Source: Eledone cirrhosa (taxonomy: Eukaryota). Taken from it: DNA of 64,000 bases. The stretch lies in the NCBI GenBank assembly GCA_964016885.1, contig OZ024751.1, positions 7,750,001 through 7,814,000 of the forward strand. Reading direction: 5' to 3'. The notes under the pieces were generated by a model, which saw only the letters and a program-made list of their open reading frames with translations, had not been told where the DNA came from and ran no database searches. Made by a program: the position numbers and the translations under genes. Shown one piece after another: positions 1-10,877 of this stretch. Within the stretch, counting starts at the first letter, position 1; each line of letters opens with the position of its first letter.

Positions 1-2307
1 GGAATTTACTGCGCTTATGGCATTTCTGCTGTTCAGATGTGACTTCAATACGCTCCTTACTCTCCGAATGTATTCAGTTCTTAACAATTCCTTCATTTTT
101 TTGTTCTTTATGCCATCAGCCTCCAGAACGCCCAAATACTTGTATCCTTCCTCAGAGTCAATTTCCTTTATCATCTCACCTGTTGGTATCTGGATCCCGT
201 TACTTCTGCTCAACCTACCCCTCTTCATCACAATGACTCCACATTTACCAATACCAAACTGCATACATATATCACTGCTGAAAATACGGACAGTGTCAAC
301 AAGCACATCCAACTCCTTCTCACTTTTCCCGAAGAGCTTAAGATCGTCCATGAAGAGGAGGTGATTGATGGTAAGTTCTCCCCTTCCCAACTTGTATCCT
401 GCTCTCACTTTTCGCAGCATAATGGTCAAGGGCATCAGGGCAAGGACAAACAACAGAGGGGACAGGCTATCTCCCTGGAAGATACCTCTCTTGATCTTCA
501 CGCTTTCCAATGATACTCCAGTTGATGTCAACTCTGTCTCCCAGGACCCAATACTCCTGCCTAGCAACTGTCTGATGTTATCTGCCACCCTGAAGATCTC
601 CAGGCTTTTGGTGATCCAGGAATGAGGCACCATGTCAAATGCCTTTCTGTAGTCTATCCATCCCATGGCAAGATCAGTGTGTCTCCTCCTGCAATTCCCC
701 ATTACCATCTTATCAATAAGTAACTGGTCCTTTGTACCACGTGACTTCTTTCGGCATCCTTTCTGTTCGTCCGGTAACAAGTTGTTTGTGTGGAGGTGAT
801 GGTAGATTTCCTCAGACACAATGCTCGTCAACAGTTTCCACATTACGGACAGACATGTGATAGGTCTATAGTTGGTAACATCATTACCCTTGATTCGGTC
901 TTTCATTATCAGAACTGTGGTACCTTTTGTCAACCACTCTGGCACCTCACCCGACACCAAGCAGTCATTGATCATGGCCGTCAGCTTCGGGTGGAGGGAT
1001 GTTAAATGTTTAATCCAATACCCCTGCACACCATCTGGGCCTGGTGATTTCCAGTTGGTTAGTTTTTTGGCCTGCCCCTTAAGAGTTTCAACTGTGATAC
1101 TCAAATCAGTTTGTTGTTGTGCTTGCTCACCGATCTCCCTTTGTACTGTCTCAATCCACCCTGCCTGGGCATTGTGTCTAACATCCTGCTCCCATATTCC
1201 TCTCCAGAATGTTTTAGTTTGCTCCGCCCCAGGGATCAAGTCGTTGCCTCTTTCTTTCCCCTCAAGCTGTCCAAACAGCATCTTCTGGTTGTTGTCGAAC
1301 ATGCGGTTCTGTTTATACTGACTGACTCTGTTCTCGTATCGCCTGATTTTTGCACTCTTTGCTACAATGCGTTGCTTCAGTTCCTCTATGATAATATTTA
1401 GCTTTTTCCTCCTAGTTTTGTATTTTATTTCCAGCCTATTTTTAGTGCCTATGTTTTTTAGTGTCCCATTCAGTAGTGACTCAAGCTTTCCTATGTCATT
1501 TCTCATTTCCCCGATTTGCCCACTCAGTCGCTTCTTCCACCACGGCTCTGCTCTTTCTTGTCTGTTGTTTCCTCTCGCTTTTATACCAAGTAGTTTCCTC
1601 ACAGTATTTGCTGTTGCTTTGAGGATATTGTTGCACTGGTGAAGGCTCCTCGCCTCAAGGTATGGGATGACTTTGTTTACCTTAGCTGTTGTTTCTTTTA
1701 ACTTTTTCCTGTCTACAAATCTTAGGTTCATAGGTCTCCCACTATCATTGTTCAATTCATCTACCACTAAATTTAGGATGTCAACCGAATCTTGTCCTAG
1801 CCCGTCAGCATTCATCTCCTCAGTGGCCGTATCTCTGTTCCAGGTATTATTTATCTCAGTATTCAGATCATTGTCTGCTTCGGGTGGTTCCTCCGTTCTC
1901 AGGACCTCTTCACCTTCATTTCCCACTGGCTCGCTTGTCTGGCATACTACACCCGCCATCTCCAAGCCATTCTCTCTGCTCAGTTCCTCCAGTTCCAGCT
2001 CGCTTATCCATCCATTAGTTATTATTACCCGAGCCTGCCCGGCCAATTTTTGTTCATCTAATTTAAATAAACCAATCTCGTTCCAGATGTTATGCATCCG
2101 TTTCCTGTAGCCCCTCTCCTTGGGGTTACTTTTCAGGTAACATTGCATAACAGTTCTATTCAATTCTTTCGTCCAGTTGGTTCTGGCCCCTTTCCTTCTT
2201 CTCCTTCCTCCAACATCAGCAGTATTTGGTTGACAGTCAGGTTCCTGCTGCTGAGCCAGGGGGCACCTGTTGGGTGAGAGTCTGTCACATGACGTTCTAG
2301 TCTCCAT
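1..2307 (-). CDS. R4/Dong-clade non-LTR retrotransposon ORF (family B), N-terminal domain plus reverse transcriptase, running off the left window edge
   Basis: The minus frame from ATG 2307 reads METRTS...RTNWTKELNRTVMQCYLKSNPKERGYRKRMHNIW (R4/Dong N-terminal motif), then RGIFQGDSLSPLLF and INHLLFMDDLKLF (Met at 351-349, same frame). It is absent from the ORF track, consistent with no stop before base 1. Confidence 0.9.
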   Translation of the reverse strand, partial: METRTSCDRLSPNRCPLAQQQEPDCQPNTADVGGRRRRKGARTNWTKELNRTVMQCYLKSNPKERGYRKRMHNIWNEIGLFKLDEQKLAGQARVIITNGWISELELEELSRENGLEMAGVVCQTSEPVGNEGEEVLRTEEPPEADNDLNTEINNTWNRDTATEEMNADGLGQDSVDILNLVVDELNNDSGRPMNLRFVDRKKLKETTAKVNKVIPYLEARSLHQCNNILKATANTVRKLLGIKARGNNRQERAEPWWKKRLSGQIGEMRNDIGKLESLLNGTLKNIGTKNRLEIKYKTRRKKLNIIIEELKQRIVAKSAKIRRYENRVSQYKQNRMFDNNQKMLFGQLEGKERGNDLIPGAEQTKTFWRGIWEQDVRHNAQAGWIETVQREIGEQAQQQTDLSITVETLKGQAKKLTNWKSPGPDGVQGYWIKHLTSLHPKLTAMINDCLVSGEVPEWLTKGTTVLIMKDRIKGNDVTNYRPITCLSVMWKLLTSIVSEEIYHHLHTNNLLPDEQKGCRKKSRGTKDQLLIDKMVMGNCRRRHTDLAMGWIDYRKAFDMVPHSWITKSLEIFRVADNIRQLLGRSIGSWETELTSTGVSLESVKIKRGIFQGDSLSPLLFVLALMPLTIMLRKVRAGYKLGRGELTINHLLFMDDLKLFGKSEKELDVLVDTVRIFSSDICMQFGIGKCGVIVMKRGRLSRSNGIQIPTGEMIKEIDSEEGYKYLGVLEADGIKNKKMKELLRTEYIRRVRSVLKSHLNSRNAISAVNS

Positions 2308-3377
2308 TTCACCGTTATTCGAACTGTTTATATTCGATATTTAAACACTCTTATCGAGGATTGGCGAATGTATGGTTACATAGCCATCTGTGGATTCGCC
2401 GTTCCACTTGGCCCTTGTGTGGCATTATCACCACGTTGTATACGAACACACATAAACAAACAAACACACAGGTAGAAAGGGCCCCAAAAATGAATAAGCA
2501 TAAGTTTCATTGTAATGTAGTGTTCGAATGTCTGACTTAGTTTTTGTTTTATTAGTTTTAGTTTTTCCCCCTCTTCTCTGTCCGTCCGCCTGCTTCTCTC
2601 TTCATTCTTATTTTCTTTACGTTTTTTTGTTTTTTTTTTGTTTTTGTTTTTCTCTGTTTGTTTTTCTCGTTTTTTGCTGTTGTTGCTGTGCTGCTTTGGT
2701 TTTGTTGTTTGTTTTTCCTTTTTTCTTTTGAGTCTATCTATATATGTTGATGCCTTCCTCTTTTTTAGTAGTAGGAATTCTATAATGTGGTGGCAGCAGC
2801 CAGCCGGGATATGTGGGTGACTGGCGGCGGTAGCGATACTGAGACAGTGGTGGTGGTGATGTCGATACCGAGGCAGTGGTGGTGATGTGATAGTATTAGT
2901 GTAGTGATGGTGTTGTAGCGGTGGTAGCAGTGAGGGGGTGAATGAGTGGTGGCGGCGGTGATGGGATAGTGGTGGTAATGATGGCAGTAGTGAGCGGTGG
3001 TGGTGAAATTGCCGTTATCTGGCTGTTGTGTTTAGTGTACACAGGTGATGAGGTGGGTGGTGTATCTAGTTTCTGGTGTTGGTGAGTTTGGCTGTTCTAT
3101 ATAATGTAGACAGAGGAGAGGAAGGGGGGGGGGGTTTCTTCCATTTATAGCCATTTTCTTTTTTGGATATACAGTGTACAATACAAAGTTGAATATTTGA
3201 ATATTTGAGCCTTATAACAATATATTTTGGGTCCGAATTTTTTTGGGGCTCAAGCCGGGTGCTTTACGTAGCATTTGTACTAAGAGTTGTTATTTCACAA
3301 ATGATTTAAATATGTTAAAAATTCAAAACTTACCGGAGCGATTTCATGACCTCCGCCACCTCGTGCGTCTTCTTCCC
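2308..3377 (-). mobile_element. Probable long 5' leader of the family B Dong element
   Basis: Continuous with the ORF, with no (ATT)n break. It begins right after the (TAA)n tract at 3378-3400 and contains ACC-rich and A-rich low-complexity segments. Confidence 0.55.
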
Positions 3378-3400
3378 TATTATTATTATTATTATTATTA

Positions 3401-4439
3401 TTTGCATTTATCTTGCTTTATGTTTATACGAGTTATCACCAAGTCACAACCAGTGACCTCAAGAGACAACAAGGTCCGCCATGTTCAAGAAAGAACATAC
3501 ATATTCACACATGCATCCTTAGTGTTTAGACTTGTGATGTACTTATATTGACAGGATCTTCCTTAGTATATGGGCAGTTCCCATTAGTACTATCTTTTGT
3601 ATTTCTCCTATACGCGGGTTTCCTGGGATTTGCGATAAGTAGTCGTTAGACCCCTTAGGTATCATTCCCAGAGCGCCTACAACCACTGGTATTGTTTTAG
3701 TTCTCAATTTCCACATTTTTCCAATTTCTATCTCCAGGTCATTATACTTGCTCAATTTTTCAAATGTTTTTATAGATACATTCTTGTCTATTGGAACAGA
3801 CATATCAATTAGCAGGCATACCCTCCTTTGAAAGTCCTTCAATATTATATCAGGTCTATTTGCATCTATTTTTCGGTCTGTTTGGATGCTAAATTTCCAC
3901 AAGATTGAGATGTCATCTTTTTCAAGTATGGGAGGTGGTTGATGCTCCCACCAATTCTTTTGATGGGGCAGGTCAAAATTCTTACACATTATCCAATGTA
4001 TGTATTGTGCAGCTCAGTCATGCCTGTTTAGGTATTCGGTTGGAGCTATAGGACTGCACATTGAAATTATATGGTCAATGGTCTCTGGTTGTTTTTTGCA
4101 TACACGGCATAATGGGCTGCACCCATTTTTTATTATGTTGGCTTGGTAATTTTTTGTTGGCAGACACTGATCTTGTGCGGATATAATCAGTCCTTCAGTC
4201 TCCGATTTCAGTCCAGAGGATGCCAACCACTGATGGGTTAAAGTTTTGTCAACATCAGGATTGTTAGCTCGCTCTGGGTATTTTCCATATAGAGGCTTTT
4301 CTTGCCATTTCTTAGCCAGTTTCTGTAGCAGTTCTTTCTTTGCAGTTACTTTTACCTGCTTTGCTTTTTCTGTGTTTTCCATTTCAGCAGTAAATGGGAC
4401 TTCTGAAATTTGTAGTCCATTACTGTATCTTTGTGCATC

Positions 4440-4440
<1 letters not shown>
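3401..4440 (-). mobile_element. 5'-truncated R4/Dong element, family A (C-terminal zinc finger/RLE region and 3' UTR)
   Basis: Near-identical to 4469-5508. Encodes CRVC..H..C, RHD and NRPDII, with a premature stop after RHD. Flanked by (ATT)n on both sides. Confidence 0.95.
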
Positions 4441-4468
<28 letters not shown>

Positions 4469-4470
<2 letters not shown>

Positions 4471-6989
4471 TGCATTTATCTTGCTTTATGTTTATACGAG
4501 TTATCACCAAGTCACAACCAGTGACCTCAAGAGACAACAAGGTCCGCCATGTTCAAGAAAGAACACACATATTCACACATGCATCCTTAGTGTTTAGACT
4601 TGTGATGTACTTATATTGACAGGATCTTCCTTAGTATATGGGCAGTTCCCATTAGTACTATCTTTTGTATTTCTCCTATACGCGGGTTTCCTGGGATTTG
4701 CGATAAGTAGTCGTTAGACCCCTTAGGTATCATTCCCAGAGCGCCTACAACCACTGGTATTGTTTTAGTTCTCAATTTCCACATTTTTCCAATTTCTATC
4801 TCCAGGTCCTTATACTTGCTCAATTTTTCAAATGTTTTTATAGATACATTCTTGTCTATTGGAACAGACATATCAATTAGCAGGCATACCCTCCTTTGAA
4901 AGTCCTTCAATATTATATCAGGTCTATTTGCATCTATTTTTCGGTCTGTTTGGATGCTAAAGTTCCACAAGATTGAGATGTGATCTTTTTCAAGTATGGG
5001 AGGTGGTTGATGCTCCCACCAATTCTTTTGATGGGGCAGGTCAAAATGCTTGCACATTATCCAATGTATGTATTGTGCAGCTCTGTCATGCCTGTTTAGG
5101 TATTCGGTTGGAGCTATAGGACTGCACATTGAAATTATATGGTCAATGGTCTCTGGTTGTTTTTTGCATACACGGCATAATGGGCTGCACCCATTTTTTA
5201 TTATGTTGGCTTGGTAATTTTTTGTTGGCAGACACTGATCTTGTGCGGATATAATCATTCCTTCAGTCTCCGATTTCAGTCCAGAGGATGCCAACCACTG
5301 ATGGGTTAAAGTTTTGTCAACATCAGGATTGTTAGCTCGCTCTGGGTATTTTCCATACAGAGGCTTTTCTTGCCATTTCTTAGCCAGTTTCTGTAGCAGT
5401 TCTTTCTTTGCAGTTACTTTTACCTGCTTTGCTTTTTCTGTGTTTTCCATTTCAGCAGTAAATGGGACTTCTGAAATTTGTAGTCCATTACTGTATCTTT
5501 GTGCATCTTTTGTAATGGAATATGATCTTTTGGTGCTTTCGTGTTTCAAAACGAGTTTGATCATCCAATCATGTGATTCCCTTAGATATGTGGATAATCC
5601 AATTGTTGCAGTTTTCAACGCAATGTCTAACTGGATTAACCCACGTCCTCCTTCTTTCCTAGGGAGATATATTCTATCTATGTCTGCCTTAGGGTGATGC
5701 ATTCTGTGCATGGTTAAGAATTTTCGGATTTTTGTATCGAGCCTACGGATCTCTGTGCTTGACCAGTTGATGACATTGTAACTGTAGGTTACTACTGGTA
5801 TGGCAAGCGTGTTTATGGCATCGATCCTATTCCTTGCATTCAATTCCGTTCTTAAGATTGCTCTGACTCTGCGGTAACATTCCTTCCTTATCCTTTCCCT
5901 CATTGTCGAGTGCTTGATTCCGTCTCCTTCACAAACACCTAGATATTTGTAAGTTTGTTCTTGATCAAGCTCTCTTATCACGTTCCCCCGATCAAGATTA
6001 ATGTCTGAACTCTTCAGCAGCTTTCCTCTGGTGAACGTTGCTTTGGCGCATTTATCCAGTCCAAACTCCATTTTAATGTCATCACTGAACTGCTTCACAG
6101 TGGATAATAGCCCTTGCAATTGTTCATCATTTTTTGCAAATAGTTTCAGGTCATCCATGTAGAACAGGTGATTAATGGTTTTGTCATAGACTCTATATCC
6201 ATGTTTTGTTTCATTGAGCATTTTACTTAATGGTATAAGTGCGATGCAGAATAAAAGCGGTGATAAAGAGTCACCCTGAAAAATTCCACAATTAATGTTA
6301 ACTTCTCCAGCTTCCAGTGATTTTGTTTCACTATTCAAAAGGAGTGTCGTTCTCCATGTCCTCATACTGAATGACAAAAACCTCCTGATAACGGGGGATA
6401 TTTTGAAAATCTCTAAACATTTTTCAATCCAACTGTGTGGCAAACTATCAAATGCTTTTTTATAATCTATCCAAGCAATCGATAGATTTTTGTGTCTATT
6501 ATGACAATCTTCCAGTATCATTTTGTTAACCAGAAGCTGATCCTTACAGCCATATGAGCCTCGTTTACACCCTTTCTGCTCAATGGGAAATAGGTCATTT
6601 GTTATCAGGTGGTCATATGTGTATTCAGTTAGGACTGATGTTAAAATTTTATACATTGTGGTCAAGCAGGTTATCGGTCTGTAATTTTTGGGATTGTTTG
6701 TCTCATCATTCTTCGGTAGCAGGAATGTAATGCCGTTAACTAGCCATGATGGTATCTTTTCTGGCTCCTTAACTATTTCATTGTAAAGTTGGGCTAACAG
6801 CTCATGAGACTCTGTGAAGGCATTTATCCAAAAGTTTTGTATTTTGTCTTTTCCTGGGGATTTCCATTTGCTGGTTTTTCTTAGAGCCAAGCGCAGCTGT
6901 TCAACTGTTATATTTTCCCATGTTTGTTCTTCAAGGTCAGCTGTTTCTTTCATTTGTCTGTCTATCCATGGGGCATGTATGTTATGAAC

Positions 6990-6992
<3 letters not shown>
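4469..6992 (-). mobile_element. 5'-truncated R4/Dong element, family A
   Basis: Contains the 780-aa RT+RLE ORF and a 3' UTR of about 140 nt ending in (TAA)n; (ATT)n lies on both flanks. Confidence 0.95.
4611..6953 (-). CDS. Reverse transcriptase plus restriction-like endonuclease (N-terminally truncated)
   Basis: Motifs KSPGKD, NYRPITCL, IDYKKAFDS, GIFQGDSLSP, LFYMDDLKL, CRVC-x8-H-x4-C, RHD, RPD..D..P..EK..KY and VVGALG. Confidence 0.93.
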   Translation of the reverse strand: MKETADLEEQTWENITVEQLRLALRKTSKWKSPGKDKIQNFWINAFTESHELLAQLYNEIVKEPEKIPSWLVNGITFLLPKNDETNNPKNYRPITCLTTMYKILTSVLTEYTYDHLITNDLFPIEQKGCKRGSYGCKDQLLVNKMILEDCHNRHKNLSIAWIDYKKAFDSLPHSWIEKCLEIFKISPVIRRFLSFSMRTWRTTLLLNSETKSLEAGEVNINCGIFQGDSLSPLLFCIALIPLSKMLNETKHGYRVYDKTINHLFYMDDLKLFAKNDEQLQGLLSTVKQFSDDIKMEFGLDKCAKATFTRGKLLKSSDINLDRGNVIRELDQEQTYKYLGVCEGDGIKHSTMRERIRKECYRRVRAILRTELNARNRIDAINTLAIPVVTYSYNVINWSSTEIRRLDTKIRKFLTMHRMHHPKADIDRIYLPRKEGGRGLIQLDIALKTATIGLSTYLRESHDWMIKLVLKHESTKRSYSITKDAQRYSNGLQISEVPFTAEMENTEKAKQVKVTAKKELLQKLAKKWQEKPLYGKYPERANNPDVDKTLTHQWLASSGLKSETEGMIISAQDQCLPTKNYQANIIKNGCSPLCRVCKKQPETIDHIISMCSPIAPTEYLNRHDRAAQYIHWIMCKHFDLPHQKNWWEHQPPPILEKDHISILWNFSIQTDRKIDANRPDIILKDFQRRVCLLIDMSVPIDKNVSIKTFEKLSKYKDLEIEIGKMWKLRTKTIPVVVGALGMIPKGSNDYLSQIPGNPRIGEIQKIVLMGTAHILRKILSI

Positions 6993-7065
<73 letters not shown>

Positions 7066-7066
7066 A

Positions 7067-7251
7067 GGGTGGTGGATTGGCAGTATCGGTAGAGGGTCAG
7101 ACACCATGCTTTGCAGCATAGTTACGTCTCTTTACGATCTGAGTTCAAATCCCGCCGAGGTTGACTTTGCCTTTCATCCTTACGGGGTCGATAAAATAAA
7201 GTACCAGTAATGCACTGGTTAATTGCTGGCCTTGTGCCTAAAGTAGAAACA
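7067..7251 (+). mobile_element. tRNA-derived SINE (octopus-type) inside an (ATT)n tract
   Basis: A box TGGCAGTATCGG, B box GAGTTCAAATCC, body CTTTCATCCTTACGGGGTCGATAAAATAAAGTACCAG, tail GGCCTTGTGCCTAAAGTAGAAACA followed by (ATT)n. Eleven copies are visible in the window. Confidence 0.9.
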
Positions 7252-7323
<72 letters not shown>

Positions 7324-7330
7324 GTTATTA

Positions 7331-8810
7331 CTCTTTGAGTCTCAGTCATTGATGTTAGTTAACTGGAATGTTTGTTGATATGAATATCAAGCCACTACCT
7401 GCAGCCTCAGATATTCAGGACGTATCGGAGGGTTCTTGCTGTTCCCAGCAAGCATGCCTTTTGAAGCGTTCCAAAAAGCGTGAAGGGGCCAATTTTCTTT
7501 AACCATCCTGGAAACTTTTTGAGATAGTCCCTAGTGCGCCTATGACAGTCGGGATCACTTTGACTTCATGGCAGTTCCAAATCCTTTTTAGCTCCCACTT
7601 TAAGTCCTGGTTTCGGTTAATTTTCTCCCTCTCCTTCTCTTGCACTCTCGTGTCGAATGGACAGGCCACATCCACAATCAGGCACGATCTTTTTTCCTTG
7701 TCCAAAACCGCCAGGTCAGGTCTATTGTGTTCCAGTTTTTTGTCCGTCTGTATCCTAAAATCCCACAGCACCTTCACCTGATCGTTTTCTATCAGCGACT
7801 CTGGCTTATGCTCATACCACTTCTCAGAATGTGGTAAATTGTTTACTTTGCATAGGTGCCAGTGGATCAACCTGCCCATCACATCATGTCTCCAGCCCTT
7901 ATAGTGAGTCTGGGCTAGGTGTTTGCACTCGGATACAATGTGAGCCACAGTCTCCTCACTCTCTCCACCGATCCTGCACAGTGGGCTAGCCTCCTCCTTG
8001 TAAATATGGTGTTTCAACCACCATGTTTTGAGGGCCTGCTCTTGCGCAGCCATTAACATTCCTTCTGTAGCCTTTTTAAGGTCTCCTCTTTTCAACCAGT
8101 TCCATGTCTGTGGATCTCTGAATTCAGTTTTCTCAAAGAAGGTACTATGAAAGGATTTATCCTGAAGGCTGCTCTTTCTCCTTGATGTTATTTCCTCCTT
8201 GGACATCCCCTGGCCTATTGTCCCCTCCTTCAGTACGGTTCTGAGCATTGGCTCCTTACTATCAGTCACGTATGTGTGTAGGTTGTTTTTGTCCATCTGA
8301 ACACTGTCCTCTATGCTGATAAGACCTCTTCCACCTTCAGATCTCCTTAAGTAGAGTCTATCGACATCACTCCTCTTGTGGAACATGTTGTAGATAGTCA
8401 ATAGCTTCCTAGTCTTCCTATCCATTTCTTTTTGTTCAGCAACATTCCATCTCAGAATTCCCGCACTGTACCTAATAATAGACACAGCTCGGGAATTTAC
8501 TGCACTCTCTTGTTCTTCACGCTTCCCAAGGATTCTCCAGTTGATGTTAACTCTGTTTCCCAGGACTTCATACTTTTGCCCAACAACTGTCTGATGTTAT
8601 CTGCCACCTTGAAGATCTCCAGGCTTTTGGTGATCCAAGAATGAGGCACCATGTCAAATGCCGTTTTGTAGTCTATCCATCCCATGGCAAGACCAGTGTG
8701 TCTCCTCTTGCAATTCCTCATTGCCATCTTATCAATAAGTAACTGGTCATTTGTACCACGTGACTTCTTTCGGCATCCTTTCTGTTCGTCGAAAGAAGTC
8801 ACGTGGTACA
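7331..8810 (-). mobile_element. 5'-truncated, internally deleted R4/Dong element, family B
   Basis: ORF 7499-8485 has RHD, HNRPDL, VDVACPFD and VIGALG. Bases 8492-8504 match window 1-13 and 8505-8790 match 486-771, so about 470 bp including GDSLSP and MDD are deleted. Confidence 0.92.
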
Positions 8811-8880
<70 letters not shown>

Positions 8881-8893
8881 ATTATTATTATAA

Positions 8894-8997
8894 TACACAA
8901 AATAAAAATCTGTACACGAACAAATCCCACATCGTACCGTCCTGTGCCATCTGTAATGTTTTTCTTGATGTCAGCCCTTGTGGCCAATAAAGAAATC
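8894..8997 (+). mobile_element. 3'-terminal stub of a Tx1-type LINE
   Basis: GTACCGTCCTG...CCCTTGTGGCCAATAAAGAAATC followed by (ATT)n matches the 3' ends at 48920, 52050 and 59877. Confidence 0.8.
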
Positions 8998-9653
8998 ATT
9001 ATTATTATCATTATTATTATTATAATTATTGAGAAGGTCGTTGGGGAAGAGTCGTCAAACATTCCTCTTCGTGGTTTATGTGAGAAGGTAGCGTAACTAG
9101 CTGATTCGGCTAGATCTCCAAGTGGCACAACTCAAGCTCATCGATGTTGTCGAAATATGTTAGGGTTGCCCGGATATTTCATGCAAATTTTCTGAACAAT
9201 GTTTTTCTTCGGCTTGATGTAAGATTCAAACCCTCATAAAAACAGATATCTGACTATAGTTTTAGAGGCTTTGCACTTTGACATTATCTCGCATATCACC
9301 TACAATTTATATTTCCAGAGATGATCGAACCTCTGAAGAAATTTATTTTATGTGTTAACATTTTTCATATGGGTACAAAATATGACGTTAAGAGTGCAAC
9401 TCTTTATACACATGTGTCATGGTCATTGTCATTTGTAAATTACAAAACATAATATGGTGGATGACGTGAACAAATAAATTATTCTTTGCCATAAAGCATG
9501 CAAAACACATATTATATACAGGAATGCGCACAGTATATAACCACAAACAGACAAGCACATATTTAAATTATGCACACATATATATATATGTCCATCTCTT
9601 TCTATCTAGATATACATATATAGCCATCTCTTTCTATCTAGATATACATATAT

Positions 9654-9710
<57 letters not shown>

Positions 9711-9857
9711 GATAGATATATAGATAGATATAATGCCTGTATATCCCCCTCCCCCTTCTCTCTCTCACTATATATATATATACGGAGTGTATATGTATAT
9801 AAATATATATATATATATATATATACATATATAGTATATAGTATATATATATATATA

Positions 9858-9905
<48 letters not shown>

Positions 9906-10182
9906 TATACCATCTAAAACATGATTCTAACGGGATTAGACTGAAGTACATGACTTTGATCGCCATACGTCTTTGAAATACATCGCACGTTATGTAGTGA
10001 CATAGTGATGTAGTGTGACGGCTTTAATGAAAATAGTGGAAACCAAAAGAAGAGAAATATTATGTAAAAGAAAGAAATAACAAACTAAAAAAGGAAATCT
10101 GAAAAAGAAAACATCTGAATCGACTAACACAAAGATGTAGATATACACAAAAGTGGCTGCGTTTCAGTTGAATGTATACATA

Positions 10183-10303
<121 letters not shown>

Positions 10304-10877
10304 GAGTGTGTGTGTGTGTATATATAGACATTGGGGAAATGGACAGGTTAATAATGTCACAGACAGATGGAGAGAGAAAATGAGAAGAGTAGAGAGAGAC
10401 AGTGAGAGAGAAAGAGGGAAATGCCTGACACAAGCAGACATACTTAGATAAAGAAATGACAGACATTGCAACAGAGAGAAAGATATAAAAAAATTCTCAT
10501 TACGTTGTACCACTTCAGAAAACACAATGCTGTTTTGTTTGTCCATTCTGTTAGTTGCTGATCGATCTGACTTACTACGGTCTGGTGTTATATAAGAGAA
10601 ATTTGCTGCTAGTTTGTAGCATGTCATGGACAACCACGATGAAATGTATGTTTTGCTTGTTCTATTGTTGTTATGTTATTCAATGATATACCATAGCAGA
10701 ATGTTCATATTGATGCTAGGCATACGTTAAGCAATATAAAAAAAAAAGTTAGAAAATTATAGAAAATTCTGTCTATACATATTTGACAGTTACGTTTCAA
10801 ACTGCTATTACACACACACATCCATACACACACGCACACATACACTCACACGCACACGTATATATATATATATATAT

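Noticed and set aside
17-2277. Plus-strand ORFs over the Dong element
   Set aside because: Antisense shadows of the minus-strand RT ORF.
2360-2402. HDV-like ribozyme in the Dong 5' leader (GGCGAAT/ATTCGCC stem)
   Set aside because: A hairpin is present, but I could not find the P1.1, P2, P3 or J4/2 elements of the double pseudoknot.
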